A stretch of DNA of 64,000 nucleotides from an uncultured Acidobacteriota bacterium. Its GTDB lineage: Bacteria > Acidobacteriota > Thermoanaerobaculia > UBA5066. Below, piece by piece: positions 39,607-49,671 of this stretch. Made by a program: the position numbers and the translations under genes. Below the pieces are notes generated by a model. The model did not search any database, had not been told where the DNA came from, and was given only the letters and a program-made list of their open reading frames with translations. The stretch lies in assembly GCA_963779415.1 (NCBI GenBank), contig CAVZYA010000001.1:832001-896000 (forward strand), written 5' to 3'. The number at the start of each line of letters is the position of its first letter. The stretch's first letter is position 1.

Positions 39607-40068
39607 ATGGCGATTTTCGGCGGGAAGAAGGAAGAGCGGGGCCTCCGGGCCGGCTTCCGCGACATGAAGTGGGGAGAACCCCCGCGCCCGGGGATGGACC
39701 TCCTCGAGGAGACCCTCGAGGACCGGTTCTACACGATCACCGGAGACGACCTCGAATTCGGCGGCGCCCCTCTGAACCGGATCGTCTACAAGTACTACCA
39801 GAAGAGGCTCGCGGAGGTGCAGATCGAGGTCCCTCCCGCGTCCGTCGACCCCGTCTTCCGGCACCTCACGAGCGAATGGGGAAAGCCCGTGCAGCCGAAC
39901 CGTTTCATCGAGGATTACTCCTGGCAGAACGACAAGCAGGGAGTCGAGGGAACGAACGCCTCGTTCAACAAGAATCCGAACACGCGGGCGGCGATCCTTC
40001 TGATCCAGAGCCGGTACATCCAGACGAAGCGGACGCTCGTCCCTCCCGACGCCCCCGCGAAACGCTGA
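39607..40068 (+). CDS. Hypothetical protein
   Basis: Clean ORF with GC3-biased codons and an AGGA RBS; GFRDMKWG motif. Confidence 0.6.
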   Translation: MAIFGGKKEERGLRAGFRDMKWGEPPRPGMDLLEETLEDRFYTITGDDLEFGGAPLNRIVYKYYQKRLAEVQIEVPPASVDPVFRHLTSEWGKPVQPNRFIEDYSWQNDKQGVEGTNASFNKNPNTRAAILLIQSRYIQTKRTLVPPDAPAKR

Positions 40069-40071
40069 AGC

Positions 40072-40752
40072 TCAGCTTTCGGGCTTCTCTCCGGGACAGC
40101 TCTCCCCGACCGACTCGATCTCCGCTTCCGGGCGCCCGAGCGTCCGCCAGTTCCCCTCCAGCGAGACGCTTCCGCTCACCGGGCCGTTCCCGGGCGCCTT
40201 CGGGCTGAACGATCCGACGACTCCGGGAGGAACCTGAACCGATATGGCGAAGCTGGAGCTCTTTCCGGGCTGCAGGATCGGCTCGTCAGCCTTCACGACG
40301 GCAGAGACGAGGTAGTTGCCGTGGTCGTCGTAGAGCCGGACGGCCACCGCGACGTCGCAGGCCGGAACGGTTCCCACGTTCCTCACGGACCCTTCCACCC
40401 GCACCTGTCCGTTCGCGTCGACGGAGCGGTTGTGCTGGACGGCGTCGACGACGACCGTCGGAGGGACTCGCTCCGCCCCGGGAGTCACCGTCCCCGTCGG
40501 CGTCGGGCTCGCCGAGGCGCCGGCTCCCCCGCTCCCGGACGCGACGCTGACGCTCCCCTTCTTCGGCGACTTCTCCCCCGCCGCCGCTTTCAGCTTCCGT
40601 TCGCGGGCGACGTCGGAGAGCGTCCGGGTTCCCCCGTAGGCTGCCGCGCCGGCCGTCGTCGCCGTCGGACGGGGGGTTGGCGTCGGCGCGGGTGTCGGCG
40701 TCGGAGCGGCCGCGGCCGTCTGGAAGAGGAGGAGGGCGACGACGAGGAACAT
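40072..40752 (-). CDS. Secreted protein with Pro/Thr linker and FxLYD-type domain
   Basis: Signal-like N-terminus, PTPT repeats, VEGSVRNVG...VAVRLYDDHG. Confidence 0.65.
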   Translation of the reverse strand: MFLVVALLLFQTAAAAPTPTPAPTPTPRPTATTAGAAAYGGTRTLSDVARERKLKAAAGEKSPKKGSVSVASGSGGAGASASPTPTGTVTPGAERVPPTVVVDAVQHNRSVDANGQVRVEGSVRNVGTVPACDVAVAVRLYDDHGNYLVSAVVKADEPILQPGKSSSFAISVQVPPGVVGSFSPKAPGNGPVSGSVSLEGNWRTLGRPEAEIESVGESCPGEKPES

Positions 40753-40776
40753 TCCGGGAATTATGACAGCCGGGCG

Positions 40777-42369
40777 TCAGGAGACGAGGCGGAGCCGCGG
40801 CACTTCCCGCGGAACGGCGGGGGGGCGCGCGCGGAACCGCCCGAGTCGCAGGACGACCCTCTTGCCGAATACCCTTTCGAAAAGGTCGGCCTTCTCCCGG
40901 GCGGACCAGATCTCGAGATCGGCGGGGCCCCGAGCCGCCACCGTGACGACGACCTTCTTCCGCCGGATCTCGAGGCGGACGTCCATGACATGGCCGCGGT
41001 GCGTCCGGTCGAGTCCGTCAGCGAGCCGGAGGAGAGCCGAGAGCTTCTCGACGACCGGCTTCTTCCACGGATCGAGCCGCCGGAACGGCTGGTGCCTCTC
41101 CGAGGGGAGCGCTTTGCGGTGATAGCGGGCCACCTGCGCGATCACCTCCACCTCGTCGCGGGAGAACCCCTTCAGCCCGCCGTGGGCGATGAGGTAGTAC
41201 GAATGATGGTGGTGCCGCTGGTAGGCGATCGAGAGGCCGACGTCGTGGAGGAGCGCCGCGTGCTCCAGCCACTCGCGTTCGAGCGGCGTGAGCTGGTGGA
41301 GGCTGTGCGTCACGTCGAAGAGGCGGAGGGCGAGGTCGCGAACCCGCGCCGCGTGGCCGTTCACCCCTCCCGAGCGCTTCGCGAGCCTCTCGACGGAGGC
41401 GTGCCGGGCGTCCCGTTCGTCTCCCGGCCGCGAAGCCGAAGGCGACTCGAGGACGAGGCTGTCGCGCAGCGACCTCTCGGAGACCAGCAGGGTCCCGATT
41501 CCGAACGTCTCCATGATCTCGAGCAGAAGGATGCCCCCCGCGGTGATGATGTCGCGCCGCTCGGGCTCCAGCTCCTGGATCTTCGCTTTCTCCTTGAGCG
41601 TCGTCTTCCGGAGGAGCTTCACCGCCCTCGCGAGCTCCTCGCGGGTCACCGAGAGATGCCCGGCACCGTCCCGGACCCGTCCCCGGAGCGCGCGGGCGAT
41701 CCCGCCGAGCGCGAGGATCGTCCCGGAGGTGCCGACTGCCGTCCGGAACCGCGTCTTCCGGACCCGCTTCTTCAGCTTCCCGAGCCGGCTCCGGATCGTC
41801 CGGACGAGCTTCTCTTCGTCATTCTTCGAGAGAGGCGCGCTCCGGACGAAGCGCTCGGTCAGCCGGACGGCGCCGAGGTCGAGGCTCTCGGCCAGCTCGA
41901 GGGCGTCTCCGCTCGCAACCGCCACCTCCGTCGACCCGCCTCCGATGTCCACGACGAGAAGCGGATCGCACGAGGCCGGAAGGTCCAGCCGGACGGCGCG
42001 CATCGTCAGCCGCGCCTCCTCCTCCCCCGAGATGGCGACCGCCCGGATCCCCGTCTCCTTCCGGATCCGCCTCAGGAACTCGGGGCCGTTCTCCGCCTCG
42101 CGGACGGCGCAGGTGGCCACGGCCGTGATCCGTCCCGCCCCGGACGCGCGGGCCAGCGCCGCAAAGCGCTCCACGCAGTCGACCCCGTCGGCCATCGCCT
42201 CCTCCGAGAGGAGGCCGGTCGTCAACGTCTCCTGCGCCAGCCGGATCATCTCCTTCTCGCGCAGAATCTCGTCGTAATGATCGGGGTCTTCCGGGTCGAG
42301 GCGCGCCACGAGCAGCTTGATCGAGTTCGATCCGATGTCGATCGTGGCGACGGTGCGTGGGTCGGTCAT
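40777..42369 (-). CDS. ppx: Exopolyphosphatase Ppx/GppA with HD domain
   Basis: IDIGSNS, ATCAVREA, ISGEEEA, DIGGGSTE, LLHDVG, RLADGLD. Confidence 0.92.
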   Translation of the reverse strand: MTDPRTVATIDIGSNSIKLLVARLDPEDPDHYDEILREKEMIRLAQETLTTGLLSEEAMADGVDCVERFAALARASGAGRITAVATCAVREAENGPEFLRRIRKETGIRAVAISGEEEARLTMRAVRLDLPASCDPLLVVDIGGGSTEVAVASGDALELAESLDLGAVRLTERFVRSAPLSKNDEEKLVRTIRSRLGKLKKRVRKTRFRTAVGTSGTILALGGIARALRGRVRDGAGHLSVTREELARAVKLLRKTTLKEKAKIQELEPERRDIITAGGILLLEIMETFGIGTLLVSERSLRDSLVLESPSASRPGDERDARHASVERLAKRSGGVNGHAARVRDLALRLFDVTHSLHQLTPLEREWLEHAALLHDVGLSIAYQRHHHHSYYLIAHGGLKGFSRDEVEVIAQVARYHRKALPSERHQPFRRLDPWKKPVVEKLSALLRLADGLDRTHRGHVMDVRLEIRRKKVVVTVAARGPADLEIWSAREKADLFERVFGKRVVLRLGRFRARPPAVPREVPRLRLVS

Positions 42370-42404
42370 CGAAGCGGCTTTTATCGTACCGTCGTTCAGA
42401 CCGG

Positions 42405-43719
42405 ATGAAGATTTCTCCCTTCCCGTTTCCGGACCGCCCGCGCCTCTTCGGCGTCGCCGTCTCGCACTACCAGGTCGAGGGGAACGACCGCTGCGACTGG
42501 ACCGAGTGGGAGGCGGCCGGACGGACGCGAGGCGGCCCCTGCGGCCGTGCGGCCGGCTCGTGGGATCGATACGAGGAGGACGCGGTCCTGGCGGCCTCCC
42601 TCGGCGCGAATGCGTTTCGCTTCTCGGTCTCGTGGAGCCGTGTGGAGCCTCTCCGGGGAGCGTTCGACGTCCACGCGCTCGGCCGGTACCGCCGCTTCGT
42701 CGAGCGGCTCACCGCGCTCGGGATCGAGCCGGTCGTCACCCTCCTTCATTACACCCACCCGGCGTGGTTCCATCGTGAGACCCCCTGGACGTCGCCCGCT
42801 TCCGTCGGCGCGTTCGCCCGGTTCGCGCGAACCGTGGCCGACGCCCTCTCGCCGCACGTGAGGCTCTGGGCGGTCCTCAACGAGCCGCTCGTCCTCGTTC
42901 TCGGAGGCTTCCTGGACGGGCAGATCCCGCCGGGCATCGCCGACACGGGGTCCGCCCGCCGCGCGCTGGACCATCTCTTCGCCGCTCACGCCGAGGCGGC
43001 CGCCGCCATCCGCGAGGAGGCCCCCGGCTCCGCGATCGGAGTCGCTCACAACATGATGGGATTCGCGCCGGAGCGGAAAGGTCATCCGCTGGACCGGGTC
43101 GTCTCCCGTGCGGCGCACGACTTCTACAACCGGGGACTCCTCGAGGCCTTCGCGACGGGCCGGTGGAACCTCTGGCTTCCCCCCTTCAGCCGCCTCTCGG
43201 GACGGCGGGACGATCTCCCTTCCTCCCTCGACGTCATGGGGGTGAACTTCTATTCGCGGCTCCACCTCCGCGCTTCCGGACGGGGTCGCACGGGGGCCGA
43301 CTTCGCTTATCGGGACCGGACCGGGCGAGGGCTGACGGACAACGGGTGGGAGATCGTTCCGGAAGCAATCGGGCCTCTCCTCTCCGAGGCCGCGGCGCTC
43401 GGCAAGCCCCTCCTCGTCACCGAAAGCGGCCTCGCCGACGAGACCGACGCGAGGCGCGGCCTGTTTCTTCGCGAACACGTCGGGGCCGTCGTCGAGGCGG
43501 TCGCGCAAAGGGCTCCCCGTTCACGGCTTCTTCTACTGGTCTCTCGTCGACAACTACGAGTGGCTCGACGGCTTCGGCCCCAAGTTCGGCCTCTTTTCCG
43601 TCGACCCCCGGACGCTCGCGAGGCGGCCGAGGCCGTCGGCGGAGGTCTTCCGGCAGCTCAGCCGCGAGTTCCTGGCCTCCCCGTCCCCGGCCGATGCACA
43701 GAAATCTGTGCAGATTTAA
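42405..43719 (+). CDS. Glycoside hydrolase family 1; one extra base near 43503
   Basis: YQVEG, FRFSVSWSRVEP, NEP acid/base, VTESG nucleophile; YWSLVDNYEW..G..KFGL in the shifted frame. Confidence 0.88.
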
Positions 43720-43744
43720 CGGAATCCGAACAGCCCGTTCACGG
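43716..43744 (+). promoter_or_regulatory. Putative Pho box upstream of the PHP gene
   Basis: TTAACGG (43716), CGAACAG (43727), TTCACGG (43738) at an 11-bp period, resembling the repeats before pstS. Confidence 0.55.
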
Positions 43745-43790
43745 CGTTCTGTCGCCCGGAGCCCATCTTCCCGGGGCAGGAGGCGACACG

Positions 43791-44582
43791 ATGCTCCTGG
43801 CCGACTTCCACGTCCACTCCACCTGGTCCGACGGATCGCTTTCGATCCCCGAGGTGGTCGACCTGTTCGGGAAGTCCGGGCACGACGTCATCGCGATCAC
43901 GGATCACATCGTGAATTCCGACTCGTTCCTCGGCAAGGCCGCGCACCGCCTGAAGCTGAGCGTCACGCGCGAGAATTTCGACGCCTACCGTGCCGAGATC
44001 GACCGGGAGGCGCGGCGTGCCTGGGACCGCTACCGGATGATCGTCCTCGCCGGGTGCGAGCTGACCCGGAACGCGGCCACGGGCTCCCGCTCGGCGCACG
44101 CCCTCGCGATCGGGCTCGACCGGTTCGTCTCCGCGGACGGCCCGATGGAGGAAGTCCTCGTACGGGCCCGGGACGCCGGAGCCGTCACGGTCGCCTGTCA
44201 TCCTAACGAGCAGTCCGACTGGTTCGGGAACACTTTCTATCTCTGGAAGCGGCGCCGCGAGATCGGGGCCCTCGTCGACCGTTGGGAGCTGGCCTGCCGC
44301 TGGGACCTCTTCCCCCCCGTCGCGCGCGCCCGGCTCCCGTACGTCGCCAGCAGCGACTTTCACAAGCCGGCCCACCTCTGGGCCTGGAAGACGCTCCTCG
44401 CGTGCGACCGAAAGCCCGAAGCCGTCTTCGCCGCGCTTCGCTCCAACGCGGAGCTGGGCGCCACGAGGCTCCCGGCGCCACTCCGGCACGAGGTCCCTTC
44501 CGACGAGACGCCACACCGGCGGCTGCGATCTCTTTCCCGGCCTCACGGCGCCACAGCCCGCATGACGGGAGATGACAGATGA
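43791..44582 (+). CDS. PHP-domain phosphoesterase
   Basis: AGGAGG RBS; DFHVHSTWSDG, ITDH, GCE, CHP and SSDFH metal ligands. Confidence 0.87.
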   Translation: MLLADFHVHSTWSDGSLSIPEVVDLFGKSGHDVIAITDHIVNSDSFLGKAAHRLKLSVTRENFDAYRAEIDREARRAWDRYRMIVLAGCELTRNAATGSRSAHALAIGLDRFVSADGPMEEVLVRARDAGAVTVACHPNEQSDWFGNTFYLWKRRREIGALVDRWELACRWDLFPPVARARLPYVASSDFHKPAHLWAWKTLLACDRKPEAVFAALRSNAELGATRLPAPLRHEVPSDETPHRRLRSLSRPHGATARMTGDDR

Positions 44583-45795
44583 TCGTCTCCTCCTGCTCGT
44601 CTTCGCCAGCATCGGAGCCGTTCTGACCACCGTCCAGGTGCTCCTCGTCGCCCGTCTCCGGAGGCGCCGCCCCCTTTCGCGCCGGGCGGCCCCGGAGGAA
44701 GGGCCGCTTTCCGGCCGGCCGGTTCTTCGGCGGTCCCCCGCCTCTCCATCCTCAAGCCCCTCTCGGGTCTCGATGACGGGCTCGAGGAGAACCTCGGTTC
44801 GTTCGCGAACCTTCGGGGCATCCACTACGAAGTGATTTTCTCGGCCGCCCGGCCGGACGACCCGGCGGTGGAGGTCGCCCGGAGCGTGATGAGGCGCTTC
44901 CCCGCCGCGCCCCTGCGCCTCGTCGTCGGTGGGCCGGCGTTCGCCGGCGCCGTGAACCGGAAGGTGGAGCGGCTCGTCGCGGCCGCGCGCGAGGCTTCCG
45001 GCGAGATCCTCCTCGTCTCCGACTCGAACGTCCGGGTCTCCCCCGACGATGTCGCCGGGACACTCGCCCTCGTTCGACGACCGGCGTGTCGGCTGCGTCT
45101 CGAACCTCTTCGTCGGCGAGGGAGCGCGCTCCTTCGGTTCCGCCGTGGAATCGCTGCATCTCCTCACCTTCGTCGCCACGGGAACGGCCTTCGGCGAGGC
45201 CTCCGGAGTCCCCTGCGTCGTGGGAAAGTCGATGGCGATCTCCCGCGCCGCGCTCGAAGCGATCGGGGGCTTCCCGGCGTTTCTCGGACGTCCTCGCGCG
45301 AGGATCAGGCGATCGGCGTCGCCGTCCGGAAGGCAGGCTTCTTCGTCGTCGTCTCTCCCGTAGTCGTCCGGAACGTCACGATCAAGCGCTCTCTCGGAGC
45401 CGCTCTCGCCCGGCAGGTTCGCTGGAACAAGATCCGCTGGTCCTTCTCGAGATCCCTCTACACGGGCGAACTCCTCCTCAATCCCTTCCCCGTTTCCCTC
45501 CTCGCCTGCGGAGCGTCGGCGTTTTCCTCGCCCGCCATCCTTCCCGCCGCCGCCGTCTCCGCAGGCCTTCTTCTCCTTCTCCGAGTGGCGCAGGCAGCCG
45601 CCCTCGCGAAGCTCCTCGGCGCCGCCGTTCCGCTCGCGGCAGCTCGCGCTGATGCCCGTAAAGGACCTCCTCCAGTTCGGGGCCCAGTTCGTCCCGCTTC
45701 TCTCGCGCGAGGTCACGTGGCACGGGCACCGGGCACGGCTCGGGCCCGGGACGGTCCTCCTGCCGTCGCGCCGGAGCGCCGCGATCGCGGCCTGA
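44572..45795 (+). CDS. Ceramide glucosyltransferase/HpnI-like glycosyltransferase (GT21/GT2); about 5 frameshifts
   Basis: Stitched across frames: N-terminal TM, LSILKPLSGLDDGLEENL, NRKV, SDSNV, GKSMA, LAEDQ, RQVRW, VTWHG. Confidence 0.8.
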
Positions 45796-45899
45796 AGCCG
45801 ATCCGGGCGTGACCCGCCGGGCGGGGAGAAGGCGCGCCCGCGCGATCCGGAAGGGGTGAGATATCCTCCCGACGGACTTCAAACAGAGAGGTTCATGTA

Positions 45900-46520
45900 G
45901 TGAAGCTTCTGCCCCGCGAAGAGAACTTCCTTCCCCAGTTCAACCGGACGGCCGAGATCATCCTGGAGGCCGCGAAAGCCCTCGACGACATCGCGAACGA
46001 CTTCTCGGACGTCGAGGTGAAGGTCGCGAAGATCAAGCACCTCGAGCACGAGGGGGACCAGGTCACCCACCAGAGCTTCGCCCTGCTGTCGCGGACCTGG
46101 ATCACGCCGATCGACCGCGAGGACATTCACGACCTGACGAAGCAGCTGGACGACGTCCTCGACCTGCTCGACGCGGCCGCCGCACGACTCGTCCTGTTCA
46201 AGATCCCCGCCCCGACGCCCGAGCTGAAGGCCTTCACGAAGCTGCTCGTCCAGTCGGCCCAGGCCATCCAGCGGGCCATGGGTCTCTTGAGCGACCTGAA
46301 GAACTCGAGGGCGATCCTCGACGCCTGTATCGAGATCAACCGGCTGGAAAACGAGGGGGACACACTGAACCGGATGGCGATCAGCCGGCTCTTCGAGAAT
46401 GCGAAGGATCCCTTCACCCTCCTGAAGTGGAAGGAGATCTACGAGGTGCTCGAAACGGCGACCGACGCCTGCGAGGACGTGGCGAACGTCCTCGAGCAGA
46501 TCGTCCTCAAGTCGTCCTAG
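45900..46520 (+). CDS. DUF47 phosphate transport regulator (Pit accessory)
   Basis: LEHEGD, ITPIDREDI, LENEGD, LETATDACED. Confidence 0.9.
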   Translation: MKLLPREENFLPQFNRTAEIILEAAKALDDIANDFSDVEVKVAKIKHLEHEGDQVTHQSFALLSRTWITPIDREDIHDLTKQLDDVLDLLDAAAARLVLFKIPAPTPELKAFTKLLVQSAQAIQRAMGLLSDLKNSRAILDACIEINRLENEGDTLNRMAISRLFENAKDPFTLLKWKEIYEVLETATDACEDVANVLEQIVLKSS

Positions 46521-46526
46521 AGCGCC

Positions 46527-47540
46527 ATGGTCTTCGTCCTCCTCGTCGTCGTCATGGCCCTGGCCTTCGACTTCGTGAACGGTTTTCACGACGCCGCGAA
46601 CTCGATCGCCACCGTCGTCGGCACGCGCGTCCTCACGCCGCGGATCGCGGTGATCTGGGCCGCGTTCTTCAACTTCGTCGCCGCCTTCGCTTTCGAGACC
46701 CGCGTCGCCAACACGATCGGAAAGGACATCGTCGACCCGTCCATCGTCGACCCGGTGCTGATCCTCGCAGGCCTCCTCGGCGCCATCGTCTGGAATCTCC
46801 TGACGTGGTGGTGGGGCCTCCCGTCCTCGTCGTCGCACGCTCTCATCGGGGGCTTCGCCGGCGCGGCGGTGATGAAAGCGGGCGTCGGAGTGCTCATCCC
46901 GAGGGGCCTGGAGAAGACGGTCGTCTTCATCGTTCTTTCGCCGCTCCTCGGCATGGTCCTCGGCTTTCTCTTCTTCCTCTCCGTCATCTGGATCTTCCGG
47001 AGGACGCGGCCGGAGCCCGTGGACCGCCTCTTCCGAAAGGTCCAGCTCTTCTCCGCGGCCTCCTTCTCGTTCGGCCACGGCCTGAACGACGCGCAGAAGA
47101 CGATGGGGATCATCGCCGTGCTGCTCTTCTCGGCCGGTTATCTGCCACGCGTCATGATCCCCTTCTGGATCATCCTTCTCTGCCACGCCGCTATCGCACT
47201 CGGAACGCTGGCGGGCGGCTGGCGGATCGTCCGGACGATGGGAATGCGGATCACTCACCTGAAGCCCGTGGGGGGCTCGTGCGCCGAGTTTGCCGGCGCC
47301 TGCACCCTCTTCGGAGCTTCGTGGGCGGGGATCCCGGTCTCCACGACGCACACGATCACCGGGGCCATCATGGGCGTCGGGTCGGTCCAGCGCTTCTCGG
47401 CCGTCCGCTGGGGGATCGCACGGAACATCGTCGTCGCATGGATCCTGACGATTCCGGCGGCCGCCGCCGTGGGCGCTATTTCGTGGAAGGCTCTCGCCGC
47501 TCTGAACGGCCTCGTCGGTTTCTATCTCGTTCGCCCTTAG
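46527..47540 (+). CDS. pit: Inorganic phosphate transporter (Pit family)
   Basis: NGFHDAAN, GLPSSSSHAL, HGLNDAQK, GIPVSTTH. Confidence 0.93.
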   Translation: MVFVLLVVVMALAFDFVNGFHDAANSIATVVGTRVLTPRIAVIWAAFFNFVAAFAFETRVANTIGKDIVDPSIVDPVLILAGLLGAIVWNLLTWWWGLPSSSSHALIGGFAGAAVMKAGVGVLIPRGLEKTVVFIVLSPLLGMVLGFLFFLSVIWIFRRTRPEPVDRLFRKVQLFSAASFSFGHGLNDAQKTMGIIAVLLFSAGYLPRVMIPFWIILLCHAAIALGTLAGGWRIVRTMGMRITHLKPVGGSCAEFAGACTLFGASWAGIPVSTTHTITGAIMGVGSVQRFSAVRWGIARNIVVAWILTIPAAAAVGAISWKALAALNGLVGFYLVRP

Positions 47541-47552
47541 CGGATTCTCCTC

Positions 47553-47581
47553 TTTACACCGTCTTCACACGGGTCTCACGG
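47553..47581 (+). promoter_or_regulatory. Putative Pho box upstream of pstS
   Basis: TTTACAC (47553), TTCACAC (47564), CTCACGG (47575) at an 11-bp period. Confidence 0.7.
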
Positions 47582-47646
47582 AAACAACGCGACCGGCCCG
47601 GAGACTCGGCGCCGAAGCGATGAAACTTCAAGAGCAAGGAGGATTC

Positions 47647-48675
47647 ATGAGCAGCATGTGGAAAACGGCCCTGGCCGCGGCGGCGGCAGGGGTGCTTCTG
47701 GCCGGAAGCGCCTCGGCCCAGGTCAACCAGATCAACGGCGCCGGCGCCACCTTTCCCTTCCCGATCTACTCGAAGTGGTTCGACGTCTACGGCCATCTCC
47801 ATCCGGGCGTCCAGATCAACTACCAGTCGATCGGCTCCGGCGGCGGAATCCGCCAGCTCACGAACGAGACCGTCTTCTTCGGAGCGTCCGACGGCCCGAT
47901 GACGGACGAACAGCTCAAGTCCGCGCCCGGCCCCGTTCTTCACTTCCCGACCGTCCTCGGCGGCGTCGTCCCGGTCTACAACATTCCCGGGGTGACGGCC
48001 GACCTGAAATTCAACGGGAAAGTACTGGCGGACGTCTACCTCGGAAAGATCACGAAATGGAACGACCCGGCCATCACGGGCCTTAACCCCGGCGTCACGC
48101 TTCCGGGGACGGACATCGCGGTCGTCCACCGGTCGGACGGCTCCGGCACGACCTACATCTGGGTCGACTACCTCTCGAAGGTCTCCCCGGAGTTCAAGAA
48201 CAAGGTCGGCGTGTCGACTTCGGTCAACTGGCCGACCGGCGTCGGCGGCAAGGGAAACGAGGGAGTCGCCGGCCTCGTCAAGCAGACGCCCGGAGCGATC
48301 GGCTACGTCGAGCTGATCTACGCCATCCAGAACAAGATCAGCTACGGTGACGTGCAGAACCACGACGGGAAGTTCCTGCGCGCTACGCTTGCGACCGTCA
48401 CGGAGGCCGCCGCCGGAGCCGCCCGGGCCATGCCCGCCGATTTTCGCGTCTCGATCACGAATGCGCCGGGTGCCAACGCCTACCCGATCTCGTCCTTCAC
48501 CTGGATGCTCTTCTACGAGAACCCGAAGGACAAGGCGCGCGCCCGGATCATGGTCGACTTCTTCCGGTGGGCGCTCACGGACGGTCAGAAGTACTGCGCC
48601 GAGCTGGGCTATGCTCCGCTCCCCAAGGAGGTCGTGGCTCTGGAGATGGAGGCGCTGAAGAGGATCAAGCTCTGA
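47647..48675 (+). CDS. pstS: Phosphate ABC transporter substrate-binding protein
   Basis: GAGATFP, YQSIGSGGG, FGASD, RSDGSGTT, GKGNEGV. Confidence 0.96.
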   Translation: MSSMWKTALAAAAAGVLLAGSASAQVNQINGAGATFPFPIYSKWFDVYGHLHPGVQINYQSIGSGGGIRQLTNETVFFGASDGPMTDEQLKSAPGPVLHFPTVLGGVVPVYNIPGVTADLKFNGKVLADVYLGKITKWNDPAITGLNPGVTLPGTDIAVVHRSDGSGTTYIWVDYLSKVSPEFKNKVGVSTSVNWPTGVGGKGNEGVAGLVKQTPGAIGYVELIYAIQNKISYGDVQNHDGKFLRATLATVTEAAAGAARAMPADFRVSITNAPGANAYPISSFTWMLFYENPKDKARARIMVDFFRWALTDGQKYCAELGYAPLPKEVVALEMEALKRIKL

Positions 48676-48699
48676 GGACCTCCTCCGGGTAGCCTCTCG

Positions 48700-49671
48700 A
48701 TGACTGCCAGCCCGTCCCCTCGTCGGGGCGGCGAAGACCGCCTGTTCCGGCTGGGGACGGGTTTTTTCGCCTTCCTCGTCGCCCTCCTCGTGGCTGGAAT
48801 CGCTTTCGAGTTGTGGCGGGAGTCCCGCCTGTCGATCGAGAAGTTCGGCCTCGGCTTCTGGAAAACGAGCATCTGGGACCCGGTGGCCGGGAACTTTGGC
48901 GCTCTCCCGTTCATCTGGGGGACGCTCTACTCGTCGTTCCTGGCGCTCCTGATCGCAACGCCGGTGGCCCTCGGCATCGCCGTCTTTCTCTCCGAGCTGT
49001 CGCCCAGGTCCCTTCGGACTCCCCTGGCGTTCCTGACCGAGCTTCTCGCCGCGATCCCTTCGATCGTCTATGGCCTCTGGGGCGTCTTCGTTCTGGTGCC
49101 TCTGGTGAGGAAGCTGGAAGTCCTGACGCCCAACTGGATGCGAAAGCTCCCGCTCTTCTCGGGGCCGCCGCTCGGCGTCGGCATGCTCGCGGCGGCGCTC
49201 ATTCTCGCCGTCATGGTCATCCCCTTCACCTCGTCGGTGGCGCGCGAGGTTCTGAAGGCCGTTCCGGCCACGCAGCGCGAGGCGGCCTATGCCCTCGGGG
49301 CCACCCGCTGGGAGGCGATCCGCGTCGCGATGCGTTACGGGCGGACGGGGATCCTCGGGGCCGTCATCCTGGGTCTCGGGCGCGCCATCGGCGAGACGAT
49401 GGCCGTCACGATGGTGATCGGGAACAGCCCGACCGTTACCCCGTCGCTCTTCGCCCCCCAGTACACGATGGCCGCCGTCATCGCCAACGAGTTCACCGAG
49501 GCCGCGGACGACCTCTATCTCTCGGCTCTCGTCGAGATCGGCCTCGTCCTCTTCGCGATCACTCTGATCATCAACATCCTCTCCCGCCTTCTGATCTGGA
49601 GCGTGAACCGGGAGGTCCGGGTCGAGGAGCCGAAAGGCGCGGTCCGGGCGCCCGAGAGGGCCGCGGCATGA
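48700..49671 (+). CDS. pstC: Phosphate ABC transporter permease
   Basis: [33 protein letters not shown]. Confidence 0.95.
   Translation: MTASPSPRRGGEDRLFRLGTGFFAFLVALLVAGIAFELWRESRLSIEKFGLGFWKTSIWDPVAGNFGALPFIWGTLYSSFLALLIATPVALGIAVFLSELSPRSLRTPLAFLTELLAAIPSIVYGLWGVFVLVPLVRKLEVLTPNWMRKLPLFSGPPLGVGMLAAALILAVMVIPFTSSVAREVLKAVPATQREAAYALGATRWEAIRVAMRYGRTGILGAVILGLGRAIGETMAVTMVIGNSPTVTPSLFAPQYTMAAVIANEFTEAADDLYLSALVEIGLVLFAITLIINILSRLLIWSVNREVRVEEPKGAVRAPERAAA

Noticed and set aside
42357-44582. Apparent 741-aa GH1-PHP fusion in the ORF track
   Set aside because: Artefact of the indel near 43503: the GH1 C-terminal WSLVDNYEW motif is in another frame ending at 43719, and PHP has its own RBS and ATG at 43791
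45870-45900. Pho box before DUF47-pit
   Set aside because: TTCA-like words are 14 bp apart, not at the 11-bp period
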